Assembly: GCA_045612805.1 (NCBI GenBank)
Contig: JAZKZR010000008.1
Coordinates: forward strand, 6,276 to 70,275
DNA from: Candidatus Enterousia sp.
GTDB taxonomy: Bacteria; Pseudomonadota; Alphaproteobacteria; Rs-D84
Length of the DNA stretch: 64,000 bases
Direction: 5' to 3'
Position 1 is the stretch's first letter; the number at the start of each line of letters is the position of its first letter. The notes below the pieces were generated by a model. It was given only the letters and a program-made list of their open reading frames with translations, was not told the DNA's origin and ran no database searches. A program made the position numbers and the translations under genes. Below are positions 49,812 through 60,078 of this stretch, one piece after another.

Positions 49812-49858
49812 TTAACCGCCGGCACAAACCGTCTTGCATAAAATTTTCAACAAAACAC

Positions 49859-49886
49859 TTGACTTTTGGTATAAAAAGCGTAGTAT
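49859..49886 (+). promoter_or_regulatory. promoter of rplU-rpmA (TTGACT-16-TAGTAT)
   Basis: Hexamers about 45 nt upstream of the rplU ATG. Confidence 0.5.
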
Positions 49887-49929
49887 TTGCATAAACTTTT
49901 AGACAAAAGTTAAAATAAAAGGAAAAAAT

Positions 49930-50229
49930 ATGAGTGACTTTGCAATCTTTCAAACCGGCGGAAAGCAATATCGCGTAAAGGTCGGTGATGTTATCAAGGT
50001 TGAAAAATTGGATGCGACCGGCGATGTCACATTTGACCACGTTCTGATGTTGGGCGAAACCGTTGGAACGCCAACAATCGATGGGGCGCGGGTCGTGGCA
50101 ACCGTTGTCGAACAAAAACGCGCGCCTAAGGTTTTGGTGTTCAAGAAGAAACGTCGTCAAAACTATCGTCGCACACGCGGTCATCGCCAATTTATAACCG
50201 TGTTGAAAATCAAAGAAATCAAGGGCTAA
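49930..50229 (+). CDS. rplU: 50S ribosomal protein L21
   Basis: [24 protein letters not shown]. Confidence 0.93.
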   Translation: MSDFAIFQTGGKQYRVKVGDVIKVEKLDATGDVTFDHVLMLGETVGTPTIDGARVVATVVEQKRAPKVLVFKKKRRQNYRRTRGHRQFITVLKIKEIKG

Positions 50230-50247
50230 AGTTAAAGGAGTTTAATT

Positions 50248-50514
50248 ATGGCACATAAGAAAGGTGGCGCGAGTACCGCAAACGGGCGCGATTCAGCGGG
50301 ACGCAGATTGGGGATTAAAAAATCCGGTGGCGCACGCGTGATTCCGGGCAATATCATTATTCGCCAACGCGGAACCGCCGTTCATCCGGGTGAAAATGTT
50401 GGTATGGGCAAAGACCACACCATATTTGCCAAGGTTGCCGGCAAGGTTTCGTTCAAACGCGGTTTCCGTGACCGCAAGACCGTATCGGTTATCCCCGATG
50501 AAAGCGAAAAATAA
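50248..50514 (+). CDS. rpmA: 50S ribosomal protein L27
   Basis: [24 protein letters not shown]... Confidence 0.93.
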   Translation: MAHKKGGASTANGRDSAGRRLGIKKSGGARVIPGNIIIRQRGTAVHPGENVGMGKDHTIFAKVAGKVSFKRGFRDRKTVSVIPDESEK

Positions 50515-50515
50515 C

Positions 50516-50541
50516 AAAAAACCGCCATTTGGCGGTTTTTT
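50516..50541 (+). terminator. rho-independent terminator of rplU-rpmA
   Basis: aaaaaccgccatttggcggttttttt. Confidence 0.75.
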
Positions 50542-50685
50542 TAGTGTTGGTGTAAGTGGTTGGCGAGGGCGCATTAGCACCCGTCATTCCGCGGCAACGC
50601 GGAATATCATCATTTTATCGTAATTCTATTTTCTCCGAGGCATCCTGCGAAGATACCGCCTTTCGGCGGTATGACGTCACTTTTA
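50540..50685. repeat. composite repeat copy F
   Basis: tagtgttggtgtaagtggttgg ... gtcattccgcggcaacgcggaat ... gataccgcctttcggcggtatgacgtca. Confidence 0.7.
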
Positions 50686-50727
50686 TCTTTTTTCCCTTTT
50701 TGTTTTGTGATATAATTACAGGTGAGT

Positions 50728-53301
50728 ATGAGGGTTTTTACACTTGGATTTTTAATTGCGCTGTATGCGCCGACCACGGTTTGCGTGGCGGCGGTGCCAT
50801 CGCGTGTTATTCCCGGAACAAATGCGACAATGGGTGGCGACAACGCGACCGCGACCGAAGAAAGGTCGGTTGCACCGGTTCGCACGGTTTCTGCAACGCG
50901 GACAACAAATGAAAGTCCCGACCGTGGTGCAATCACACGCAATATCGTTCGCACAATTCCAACAGATACAACACGCGAAGTCCAAACGACGACGCGTTCG
51001 GCGGGGCGCGCGGTTTCCGTGACCCGGTCACAAACGAATAAAGATTCAACGCGCAACAATCTGGATGCCGCGGTCCACAATGTTGGTCGGTCACAGCGCA
51101 CCGAATCCGCAAGTATAAACGCAAATCCGGCGGTGCGGCGTATGGGATTGACGTTGCGCCCATCCACCGCAGAGGTTGGCGGTCGCGCGATATTGGAATC
51201 CGGCGCCCAGACCGGGTCAAATATATCATCGGAAATTGGCAACCTTAGCCCGCGTATCGCGACGGTGCAAACACGTAAAGAAGAAAAATTAGACCCCGCA
51301 TCAATCGCCCAGGCCAAAGAACAATTGGAACAAAAGGCGGCATTGAATAAATCTTGCCAAGACCAATATAACGATTGCATGGACCAATTCTGTGCGGTGA
51401 TTGATGCGAATCAAAAGCGGTGTTCATGTTCGGCGAATTTATCAAAATATGTCGCGGTCGAAGAAGCCGTCAAAGAAGCAAATACTAAACTAAATGAAAT
51501 CGCGCAAAATATACGCTATGTGGGGCTTTCCGCCGATGAAATTACCGCGATTATGTCCGCGACCGAGGCCGAAGAGGCCATGACCGATATCACCGATACA
51601 ACGGAAAATCGCATGTTGTTATCAAGAATCGAACAAATGATAAAAGACCCAAAAACAACAAGTTCTTCGTCGTATGCGGTTGATTCATATGGATTGCTTG
51701 ACATAGATTTAGATTTTTCGTCCGAAGATTTGTCGGATATGTTTAGTTTGGATTTTCTTTCTGGGGCAAATAATGGTTTTTCAAACCTGCGCGGGGGCGA
51801 ATTATACAAGGCCGCAAAGCGTCGCTGTGAAACCGTGATAAAACAATGTCGCGATGTTGGCGCAACAAGTGACCAAATTACCGGCAATTATGATTTGGCG
51901 ATTGATAAAGATTGTATCGCGTATGAACAAGGTTTAACCAAGATGAATGAAACATTGGTATCCAATGTGCGCAGTGCAACGCGTATGCTGCAAAAGGCGC
52001 GACTTGCGGTGTTGCAAAATCAAAATACCTATGACGCGATTGGTTGTATTGGCGCACTTGAAAATTGCATGAAAGACGATATGGTGTGTGGCGACAACTA
52101 TTTCAAATGTATCGACCCGACCAAGAAGTATATCGATGAAAACGGTAATGTTGTTTTGGGGCAAAATATAAACAATATCCAAAAATTTATGGCAAATTAC
52201 AGCAACGCCGAAATCAACAGCACAAAATTGCAACAGGCATACGCCATGACATCGTTGGATGACCCAACCTGTTCAGGAAATAACGCAAATGACGGGCGTT
52301 GCGTGATAAAATACCTGCTAAGCAAAATCGGAACCCAGGCGGACGCGACCGCCGAGGGGCTTTGCCGACCGGTTTTGGATAAATGTCGCGCATATACATA
52401 TGATGACCGTGGCGCATATAAATCATATAACGATATTGTTGTGAACTATGTCCAACGTGCGATGGTGAATATAAGTGCCGCCCAGCATCAAATTGTGGCG
52501 GATTATGCGTCAACATGCCTAAACGATATTGCGACATGTTATAATAACCAGGTTTCACAGATAAATTCTTGGTCGGCGACGGCGGCGGCATCCAGTGTAT
52601 ATAACATTATGCGTGGCGCATGCCGTAATGTCGCCCTTACATGTGGATATGCGGTGTTTTCGGCGGACAGCACCAGTTGCCCCGACACCAACCCAACTAA
52701 GTGCATAGAAAGCATTTCAGAGATATTCTATCAATCGTTGCTCTGTCCGGATAATTCTTTCTATACCACTACACGTGGTTCCATTGCCGCAAATAATCAG
52801 TGGGGGTATGTAAACCCAATGTGTATTTGTAATGATGGGTATGTGGTGTTTTCTGGCCAATGCCTGCCCATATGTCAAGAAGGCGGCTATAACCGCAACG
52901 GTGTTTGCGATTCTAATTTGGCATGCCCAGATCATTCTTATAGCGTATTAAACAACACGGGTAATGTTAATGGTGGCAAATGTCAATGCGATGATTCGTA
53001 TGTCGCGTTTAACAATACTTGTGTCCAATGTCCCGAACATTCACAACCGGTGACATCTGGTGGTGACGCGTATAATGGTGCATGTATGTGCGACGCAGAC
53101 GATGAATATGTTTATATAACACGCAGTAAAACATGCAGAAAATGCCCGCAAAATTCCGACTATGTTCCAGCAACGGCCAATTCAAAGAGTAAATGCCAAT
53201 GCACAACAGAGGGGTATTCGTGGGATAGAATGTTTAATGTTTGTATGGATATGACACCGTCTATTGGTGTCGTTACACCCGGTGGCAATGCTAATGATTA
53301 G
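50728..53301 (+). CDS. large secreted Cys-rich protein, paralog B (857 aa) with C-terminal CxCxDxYV..C..CP repeat modules
   Basis: Signal peptide MRVFTLGFLIALYAPTTVCVAA. KSCQDQYNDCMDQFCAVIDANQKRCSC aligns with the paralog A block. The C-terminus carries 4 tandem ~30 aa Cys modules (CICNDGYVVFSGQCLPIC, CQCDDSYVAFNNTCVQCP, CMCDADDEYVYITRSKTCRKCP, CQCTTEGYSW). An extended -10 TGaTATAAT lies just upstream. Confidence 0.7.
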   Translation: MRVFTLGFLIALYAPTTVCVAAVPSRVIPGTNATMGGDNATATEERSVAPVRTVSATRTTNESPDRGAITRNIVRTIPTDTTREVQTTTRSAGRAVSVTRSQTNKDSTRNNLDAAVHNVGRSQRTESASINANPAVRRMGLTLRPSTAEVGGRAILESGAQTGSNISSEIGNLSPRIATVQTRKEEKLDPASIAQAKEQLEQKAALNKSCQDQYNDCMDQFCAVIDANQKRCSCSANLSKYVAVEEAVKEANTKLNEIAQNIRYVGLSADEITAIMSATEAEEAMTDITDTTENRMLLSRIEQMIKDPKTTSSSSYAVDSYGLLDIDLDFSSEDLSDMFSLDFLSGANNGFSNLRGGELYKAAKRRCETVIKQCRDVGATSDQITGNYDLAIDKDCIAYEQGLTKMNETLVSNVRSATRMLQKARLAVLQNQNTYDAIGCIGALENCMKDDMVCGDNYFKCIDPTKKYIDENGNVVLGQNINNIQKFMANYSNAEINSTKLQQAYAMTSLDDPTCSGNNANDGRCVIKYLLSKIGTQADATAEGLCRPVLDKCRAYTYDDRGAYKSYNDIVVNYVQRAMVNISAAQHQIVADYASTCLNDIATCYNNQVSQINSWSATAAASSVYNIMRGACRNVALTCGYAVFSADSTSCPDTNPTKCIESISEIFYQSLLCPDNSFYTTTRGSIAANNQWGYVNPMCICNDGYVVFSGQCLPICQEGGYNRNGVCDSNLACPDHSYSVLNNTGNVNGGKCQCDDSYVAFNNTCVQCPEHSQPVTSGGDAYNGACMCDADDEYVYITRSKTCRKCPQNSDYVPATANSKSKCQCTTEGYSWDRMFNVCMDMTPSIGVVTPGGNAND

Positions 53302-53365
53302 TCGGTTTCACTACCAAAACCCGCGCCATTTGGCGCGGGTTCACTTACACTAAACACTTTCAATA
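53302..53365. repeat. partial composite repeat copy G, containing the ppdK terminator hairpin
   Basis: cactaccaaaa ... aacccgcgccatttggcgcgggtt ... cacttacactaaacactt (inverted-orientation heptad relatives). On the minus strand the hairpin is followed by a T-run. Confidence 0.55.
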
Positions 53366-53376
53366 ACACTCTTGTG

Positions 53377-56034
53377 CTACTTCCGTGGGAATTTGACCGC
53401 CGCCTGGGCCGCGGCTAAGCGTGCAATTGGCACACGGAACGGACTGCACGAAACAGAATTGAATCCGCATTTGTGGAAGAATTCAATCGATTCCGGATCA
53501 CCACCGTGTTCGCCGCACACGCCAAGGTGGATTTTGTCACCCTTGGTCGCGCGTGCCTTTTGCACCGCGTCTTTTATCAGAAGCCCTACGCCCAATTGGT
53601 CAACCGATGCAAATGGGTCGGCAACATAGATTCCGCGCGCACGGTATTCATCCAAAATCTTGCCCGTATCATCACGCGACATTCCAAGTGTTGTTTGTGT
53701 CAAATCGTTTGTGCCAAATTCAAAGAATTCGCAACTTTCCGCGATTTCGTTCGCCAAAACCGCCGCACGCGGCAATTCAATCATAGAACCAACCGTGTAT
53801 TCGACGCTTTCGCCCGTTTCCGCAAACAGTGATTTCGCCGTCGCATCAATTACGGATTTAACAATATCGACTTCTTTTTTCGAACCCACAAGTGGCACTT
53901 CGATTTCAGGATGCACCGAAACGCCCGCCCGTTTGCATTCCAATGCCGCCGACAATATCGCGCGTGTTTGCATTTCGCAAATTTCCGGATATGTAATCGC
54001 AAGACGGCATCCACGATGCCCAAGCATCGGGTTTTGTTCATGCAACGCATCCGCACGCCCCTTTACGAATTCCACCGGTTTACCAATGTGTGCGGCAAGT
54101 TCCGCAATATCCGCATCGGTATGTGGCAAGAATTCATGTAATGGCGGGTCAATCAAACGAATGGTGACCGGCAGGCCGTCCATAATCTTGAACAATTCGA
54201 TAAAGTCCGCCTTTTGATACGGCAACAGTTTTGCCAACGCCGCACGGCGACCGTCTTCGTCTTCGGCCAAAATCATTTCACGCATATCTTGGATACGCGC
54301 CGGATCAAAGAACATGTGTTCCGTCCGCGCAAGTCCGATACCTTCGGCGCCAAAATCGCGCGCCTGTTTTGCGTCCTTGGGCGTTTCGGCGTTTGCCTTG
54401 ACGGTAAGTGTTTTGATTTCATCAACCCATTGCATAAGTGTTCCGAAATTACCCGTCAATTCCACAGAAACCGTTGGGACCGCGCCTTCGATAATTTGCC
54501 CTTTGGCCCCGTCAATGGAAACCCAATCGCCTTCGTGGATAACCGCCCCGGATGTCGTCTTCATCGTTTTGGATTCATAATCGATTTTGATATCCGGGCT
54601 GCCCGAAACACATGGTGTTCCCATACCGCGCGCAACCACCGCCGCGTGTGATGTCATACCACCACGTGCGGTAATCACACCTTGGGCCGCGTTCATACCC
54701 GCGATATCTTCGGGCGATGTTTCAACGCGGATAAGCATAACTTTTTTACCCGCGGCCGCCCATTTTTCGGCATCTTCGGCATTGAACACCGCCTGACCCA
54801 CCGCGGCACCCGGGGACGCAGGTAACCCGTTCGCAATAACCTTGCGTTCCGCCTTGGGGTCCAACATCGGGTGCAACAAGTGATTCAATTGGTCGGCACC
54901 AACGCGCAAAATTGCCTCTTCTTTGGTAAGTAAACCTTCGTTCACCATTTCAACCGCCATGCGAACCGCCGCCGCCGCCGTGCGTTTACCATTACGGCAT
55001 TGCAACATCCAAAGTTTCCCATGTTCGATGGTGAATTCCATATCTTGCATATCTTTATAGTGTTTTTCCAATTTTTCACGCACATCGCAAAGTTCACGAT
55101 AAACATTTGGCATGGCTTCTTCCAATGACACGCGGCCGGAATCATCCTTGCTCATCGGTTGCGGGGTACGAATACCGGCAACAACGTCTTCGCCTTGGGC
55201 GTTAATCAGGTATTCACCATAGTATTTGTTTTCGCCGGTTGCAGGGTCACGGCTGAAACACACACCGGTCGCACTGTCATCGCCGGAATTTCCAAAGACC
55301 ATCGCTTGGACATTGACGGCGGTGCCCCAATCGCCCGGGATATTATTTAATTTGCGGTATGTGATGGCCTTTTTGCTCATCCATGAACCGAACACCGCGC
55401 CGATACCAAGTTTTAACTGTTCCCATGGGTCCTGGGGGAAAACCTTGCCAATTTTAACACCGATTTCTTTGAATTGTTCCACCAATTGTTTCAAATCGTC
55501 GGCGGTCAGTTCGGTGTCAACCTTGTATCCCTTTTCTTCCTTCATGCGTTCCAAAGTGTGTTCGAACAAATCGATATCCGCGCCCAACACAACGTCACTA
55601 AACATCATGATAAAGCGGCGATATGAATCGTATGCAAATCTTTCGTTACCAGAGATTTTTGCCAACGCCCGCACCGTTTCATCATTCAAACCCAAATTCA
55701 AAACCGTATCCATCATCCCCGGCATAGAAACGCGCGCACCCGAACGCACCGACACCAAAAGTGGATTTTCCATATCGGCGAACTTTTTGCCCATAATCTT
55801 TTCAATATGCGCGATACCGGCGCGAACCTGGTCCATCAAATCCGCCGGATATGTTTGGTTGTTTTCATAGTAATATGTACAAACCTCTGTCGTGACGGTA
55901 AAGCCCGCCGGAACCGGCAACCCAACCAAATTCATTTCCGCCAAATTTGCACCCTTGCCCCCAAGCAAGTTACGCATATCGGCGCGACCTTCGGCATGAC
56001 CATCGCCAAATGTATAAACCCATTTATTACTCAT
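53377..56034 (-). CDS. ppdK: pyruvate, phosphate dikinase
   Basis: 885 aa from MSNKWVYTF (SD aaggaga). GGKGANLAEM ATP-grasp loop, phospho-His region GGMTSHAAVVARGMG, and a C-terminal PEP/pyruvate domain. Confidence 0.95.
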   Translation of the reverse strand: MSNKWVYTFGDGHAEGRADMRNLLGGKGANLAEMNLVGLPVPAGFTVTTEVCTYYYENNQTYPADLMDQVRAGIAHIEKIMGKKFADMENPLLVSVRSGARVSMPGMMDTVLNLGLNDETVRALAKISGNERFAYDSYRRFIMMFSDVVLGADIDLFEHTLERMKEEKGYKVDTELTADDLKQLVEQFKEIGVKIGKVFPQDPWEQLKLGIGAVFGSWMSKKAITYRKLNNIPGDWGTAVNVQAMVFGNSGDDSATGVCFSRDPATGENKYYGEYLINAQGEDVVAGIRTPQPMSKDDSGRVSLEEAMPNVYRELCDVREKLEKHYKDMQDMEFTIEHGKLWMLQCRNGKRTAAAAVRMAVEMVNEGLLTKEEAILRVGADQLNHLLHPMLDPKAERKVIANGLPASPGAAVGQAVFNAEDAEKWAAAGKKVMLIRVETSPEDIAGMNAAQGVITARGGMTSHAAVVARGMGTPCVSGSPDIKIDYESKTMKTTSGAVIHEGDWVSIDGAKGQIIEGAVPTVSVELTGNFGTLMQWVDEIKTLTVKANAETPKDAKQARDFGAEGIGLARTEHMFFDPARIQDMREMILAEDEDGRRAALAKLLPYQKADFIELFKIMDGLPVTIRLIDPPLHEFLPHTDADIAELAAHIGKPVEFVKGRADALHEQNPMLGHRGCRLAITYPEICEMQTRAILSAALECKRAGVSVHPEIEVPLVGSKKEVDIVKSVIDATAKSLFAETGESVEYTVGSMIELPRAAVLANEIAESCEFFEFGTNDLTQTTLGMSRDDTGKILDEYRARGIYVADPFASVDQLGVGLLIKDAVQKARATKGDKIHLGVCGEHGGDPESIEFFHKCGFNSVSCSPFRVPIARLAAAQAAVKFPRK

Positions 56035-56231
56035 GGTGTCTCCTTTTTTTATTGTTATTATTTTTGCGAAGCAATTTTTCAAAAAAAAATTCACGATTGC
56101 AACGAAAAATATTTTTATTTTGATTTTTTTGTGGTATAATATATGTATACAAAACAACAACAAACAAAGGTCTGCGTTCAATGCGATAAAACGTGTTGAT
56201 GCAGATTTTTTATTTTTAATCAATTTTATAC

Positions 56232-56260
56232 TTTACAAAAATTTGCAATATTGGTATCAT
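56232..56260 (+). promoter_or_regulatory. candidate promoter (TTTACA-17-TATCAT)
   Basis: Upstream of the 56292 secreted-protein gene. Confidence 0.4.
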
Positions 56261-56291
56261 TAAGACAAAGGAATTCTTTGAAAGGGCGGGA

Positions 56292-56846
56292 ATGATGCAT
56301 TGTTTTCATAAAGTTTGTTTGTTTTCTGTGCTTGTGATGATTGCCGTGCCGTTTGGCGCGATGGCAACCGAAATTATGGCAACCAAGGAATATGTTGATT
56401 TAACCACAGTAACAAAACACCAAGGAACACAGGGGCAAATGTTACAGGTTAATAGTAGTGGTGATGTGGCTCTTGTCACGCCGTCAAGTACGCCGACGAA
56501 TGGTTCCACGCTTCCGATTACATCAGGTGCGGTTTATGATGCGTTGGAAGGCAAAGAAGATGTAAGCAATAAGTTAAATGGAACGTCAACGTCGGGGCAA
56601 AAGATTGGCGACCTTGCCGCCGGTAGTGGCGATGGCCAAGACCAGGTTATGTATCCATCTGCCGCCGCGGTCAAGGAATATGCGGTTCGTAAGCCAACCA
56701 GCGTAAGTAACGGCAAAGTTTTAACATATACAGGCAACGACGTAAATAGCCGGCCAGAGGCAAAATATATTCAGGTTCCGATGGCGACTGGTGATCCGGC
56801 AACCAGTGGCACAGTAAGTGGTGTGGCATCAATTTGGTTGCAATAA
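56292..56846 (+). CDS. secreted hypothetical protein with a thrice-repeated (K/Y)EY(V/A) / AVYDAL-like motif
   Basis: N-terminal hydrophobic signal; Gly/Ser/Thr-rich. Motifs ATKEYVD, SGAVYDAL and SAAAVKEYA. Confidence 0.5.
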   Translation: MMHCFHKVCLFSVLVMIAVPFGAMATEIMATKEYVDLTTVTKHQGTQGQMLQVNSSGDVALVTPSSTPTNGSTLPITSGAVYDALEGKEDVSNKLNGTSTSGQKIGDLAAGSGDGQDQVMYPSAAAVKEYAVRKPTSVSNGKVLTYTGNDVNSRPEAKYIQVPMATGDPATSGTVSGVASIWLQ

Positions 56847-56873
56847 AAAAATCGGCTTTGTGCCGATTTTTTT
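56845..56873. terminator. bidirectional terminator
   Basis: aaaaaaatcggctttgtgccgattttttt between convergent genes. Confidence 0.75.
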
Positions 56874-57609
56874 ATAATTCTTCCCAATAACAAACAATTT
56901 GTGCATTTTCGGGGGTATCGGCGGTCCGAATACGATGACGCGTGGTAAGCCCATCGAACGCGACATCAATATAAACCTCTGGCGTTGTGGGACTTATTTC
57001 ACGTTTATAGTTTAATTCTATGCCGCGCAGTTTATGCGTGTTACGGAATTCGTATCCGACACTTTCCGTTGCCCAAACCGCATAGACCGCGTTATTTATA
57101 TGCTGATTTTCATCAATATCATCAAAACGACATTTTAGCACATGCGTCTTGGTCGCTTCAAAATCCGGGAAACGTTCGAATTTTCGGTCATACGCACGAA
57201 TAACATCGTCCGGCCATTTGCAATTTAACCATTCGTCCAAACGCAACGGCCGACGGCGGTCAAGGTCAATCAACACCCATTGCGACGTCGCACGCACGCG
57301 CAATTTTCCGCTTTCATCACGTATTTCAAAATCGCGTGTCGCACGCAGGTTATCTTGGACCGCGGGCCATGATGAATAGGTCAAAATTTCGCCATTTCGT
57401 GGCATATCAACAATGTCCACAAGGTAATGTGTCACAACCCACGCGATATTGTTTTCATGAATAAATGTCCGCCCGCATCCAAGCAATTCCGCATGCGTGT
57501 CGCCCATGCCTTGGAGTTCGTTCATCAAAATCCCGGGGCGAATATTGCCATACCGGTCGCATTGATACGCCAATAATTCGCGCGTCTTGATAAGTTTTGC
57601 ATCGGACAT
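56872..57609 (-). CDS. acyl-ACP thioesterase family protein
   Basis: Double hotdog fold. DIDENQHINNAVYAVW matches the DxNxHVNNxxY motif of acyl-ACP thioesterases. The start overlaps the valS stop. Confidence 0.7.
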   Translation of the reverse strand: MSDAKLIKTRELLAYQCDRYGNIRPGILMNELQGMGDTHAELLGCGRTFIHENNIAWVVTHYLVDIVDMPRNGEILTYSSWPAVQDNLRATRDFEIRDESGKLRVRATSQWVLIDLDRRRPLRLDEWLNCKWPDDVIRAYDRKFERFPDFEATKTHVLKCRFDDIDENQHINNAVYAVWATESVGYEFRNTHKLRGIELNYKREISPTTPEVYIDVAFDGLTTRHRIRTADTPENAQIVCYWEEL

Positions 57610-57610
57610 T

Positions 57611-60010
57611 TTATTTATCCCCCGCATCCGCCACGACAAAGTCAACCGCATCACCCGCAACAATGTTATTTGCACGCGCACCGGATTTTATAAGGCCATA
57701 AAGCGCGGTCGGCACGTTTTGTGGCACGGTCAATGTTTCAAGTTTTGCGCCGTTTCCAATCTTGCGTTCCGTGCGCAAACCACGAACGGCCTTTATCGTG
57801 TCGATTGCATATTGCATATCTGACACATCGGTATCATATTCCGCGTTTACCATTGGATATTCGGTCAAATGGAGCGTTTTGCCACCTTCGTATGGTTGAT
57901 ATATCTTTTGCCACAATTCTTCGGTCAGGAACGGAATAAACGGCGCATACATACCAATTATCGCACGCAATACCGTCCACAATGTCCACTGGGCCGACAG
58001 AACCGATTCCGCACCATATTTTTCCGGCGACCAAAAACGGTCCTTGATAAATTCGACATATTGGTCACAGAATATGTCATAGAAAAATGTATCAATCGCA
58101 CTGCGTGCATTGAAACTGTCGTATTTATCAAGGTTTTTACGCACTTCGGCAATCGTTTTATTTAATTCGGACAAAATCCAACGGTCCTCAATCGGGCGCG
58201 TTTCAACCGCCGGCGCGTCACCCGTCGGTTCAAAACTTTCCAAATTCCCCAAAACAAACCGCGCAACATTCCAAAGTTTGGTTAGTAATTTTGAACCACG
58301 TTTGACCTCTTCATCACTGTACCGGATATCGGTTCCAATCGGTGCGGTTGACACGAAATAACGCAACGCGTCCGCGCCGAATTTTTCCACCGTGTCCAAC
58401 GGGTCAACACCATTGCCCTTGGTCTTTGACATCTTTTGCCCCTTGGCATCGCGGACCAGGCCGTGGAAATTTAGTGTTTTAATTGGGATATCGCCCATAA
58501 CATAAATTCCAAACATCATCATACGCGCGACCCAGAAAAATATAATATCCGCCGCAGTATAAAGCAAATCCGTCGGATAATAACGTTTTAATTCCGGCGT
58601 ATCATCCGGCCACCCAAGTGTCGAAAACGGCCAAAGCCCCGATGAAAACCATGTATCAAGTACATCCGGGTCACGGGTAAGTGCTTTGCCGCCCGATTGT
58701 TTAATTGCCGCTTCTTCGGTTTCGGCGACATATACTTGACCCTCCGCATCGTACCACGCCGGTATATGATGCCCCCACCAAAGTTGCCGTGAAATTGTCC
58801 ACGGACGAATATTCTTCATCCACGACATAAACAAGTTATAACGGTGTTCCGGCAAAAATTGCACTTTGCCCGATTCAACCGCCGCGATAACCGGTGCCGC
58901 CAATTTTTCGGCATCCACAAACCACTGGGTCGTAAGCATTGGTTCAACCGGCACACCACCACGTTGCGAATACGGTGTCGGAATAATTTTATCTTCGATT
59001 TTTGTTATAAGACCGGCGGCCTCTATATCCTCTATTACCGCTTTGCGTGCCACATACCGGTCCATACCACGATATTTTTCCGGCACGGGCGCGGCATCTA
59101 TCAATTTTGCATCGGGTGTTAAAATACAAACCGGTGTTAAATTATGACGCACACCAACATCCCAGTCATCAAAATCGTGTGCCGGTGTAATTTTCACCGC
59201 ACCAGTTCCCTTTTCCGGGTCCGCATGAACGTCCGCCACAATCGGAATTTCAATATCGGTAAGTGGTATTATCGCCCTTTTGCCAATCAAATGTTTTAAC
59301 TTTTCATTTTCAGGGTGAATTGCAATCGCCGCGTCGCCGAATAATGTTTCCGGGCGCGTTGTCGCGATTTCAACAAACCCACCATCCGCAAGCGGATAAT
59401 TGAAATAATAAAATTTGCCGTGTTCTTCGCGGGTTTCAACCTCCAGGTCTGATACAGATGTTTGTTGGCGCGGACACCAGTTGACCAGGCGTTTTTCACG
59501 ATATATCAAACCTTCGTTATACATTTTCACAAACAGTTTCGTGACCGCGCGCGACAGACCATCATCCATTGTAAACCTTTCACGTTTCCATACCGGTGTC
59601 ACACCCAAAACGTGCAATTGGTTTAATATCTGACCACCCTTTTCATCCTTCCATTTCCATGCATAATTCAATTTTTCATCCAGTGACAATGCATGCGGGT
59701 TTATTCCACGTTTTGACAGGTCGCGTTCCACCAAAAGTTGTGTTGCAATAGACGCATGGTCGGTTCCCGGTTGCCATAAAACATCAAAACCGCACATACG
59801 TTTATACCGGCAAATAATATCGGTCATAACATTATCCAACGCATGCCCCATATGCAAATTTCCGGTGACGTTCGGTGGTGGCATCATAACACAAAAAGGT
59901 GTTTGTTTTGAATTTACATCGTTCGACCAAAAATCGTTTTCATCCCAAAACTTTTGAATACGCGCCTCTATATCACGTGGCGCAATATTTTTGCCCAAAT
60001 CTATTTTCAT
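57611..60010 (-). CDS. valS: valyl-tRNA synthetase (short ~800 aa form)
   Basis: Class I motifs PPPNVTGNLHMGHAL and KMSKTKGN. Start taken at MKIDLG (aagggtaaag SD). Lacks the long bacterial C-terminal coiled-coil extension. Confidence 0.93.
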   Translation of the reverse strand: MKIDLGKNIAPRDIEARIQKFWDENDFWSNDVNSKQTPFCVMMPPPNVTGNLHMGHALDNVMTDIICRYKRMCGFDVLWQPGTDHASIATQLLVERDLSKRGINPHALSLDEKLNYAWKWKDEKGGQILNQLHVLGVTPVWKRERFTMDDGLSRAVTKLFVKMYNEGLIYREKRLVNWCPRQQTSVSDLEVETREEHGKFYYFNYPLADGGFVEIATTRPETLFGDAAIAIHPENEKLKHLIGKRAIIPLTDIEIPIVADVHADPEKGTGAVKITPAHDFDDWDVGVRHNLTPVCILTPDAKLIDAAPVPEKYRGMDRYVARKAVIEDIEAAGLITKIEDKIIPTPYSQRGGVPVEPMLTTQWFVDAEKLAAPVIAAVESGKVQFLPEHRYNLFMSWMKNIRPWTISRQLWWGHHIPAWYDAEGQVYVAETEEAAIKQSGGKALTRDPDVLDTWFSSGLWPFSTLGWPDDTPELKRYYPTDLLYTAADIIFFWVARMMMFGIYVMGDIPIKTLNFHGLVRDAKGQKMSKTKGNGVDPLDTVEKFGADALRYFVSTAPIGTDIRYSDEEVKRGSKLLTKLWNVARFVLGNLESFEPTGDAPAVETRPIEDRWILSELNKTIAEVRKNLDKYDSFNARSAIDTFFYDIFCDQYVEFIKDRFWSPEKYGAESVLSAQWTLWTVLRAIIGMYAPFIPFLTEELWQKIYQPYEGGKTLHLTEYPMVNAEYDTDVSDMQYAIDTIKAVRGLRTERKIGNGAKLETLTVPQNVPTALYGLIKSGARANNIVAGDAVDFVVADAGDK

Positions 60011-60078
60011 ATCTTTACCCTTTGTGGTTAATTTTATCAAATTTTACCAAATCGAAAATGAATTTCAAGTATCTATAT

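Noticed and set aside
53473-55870. Several + strand ORFs (119-214 aa) inside ppdK
   Set aside because: Antisense to an unambiguous 885 aa PPDK coding region.
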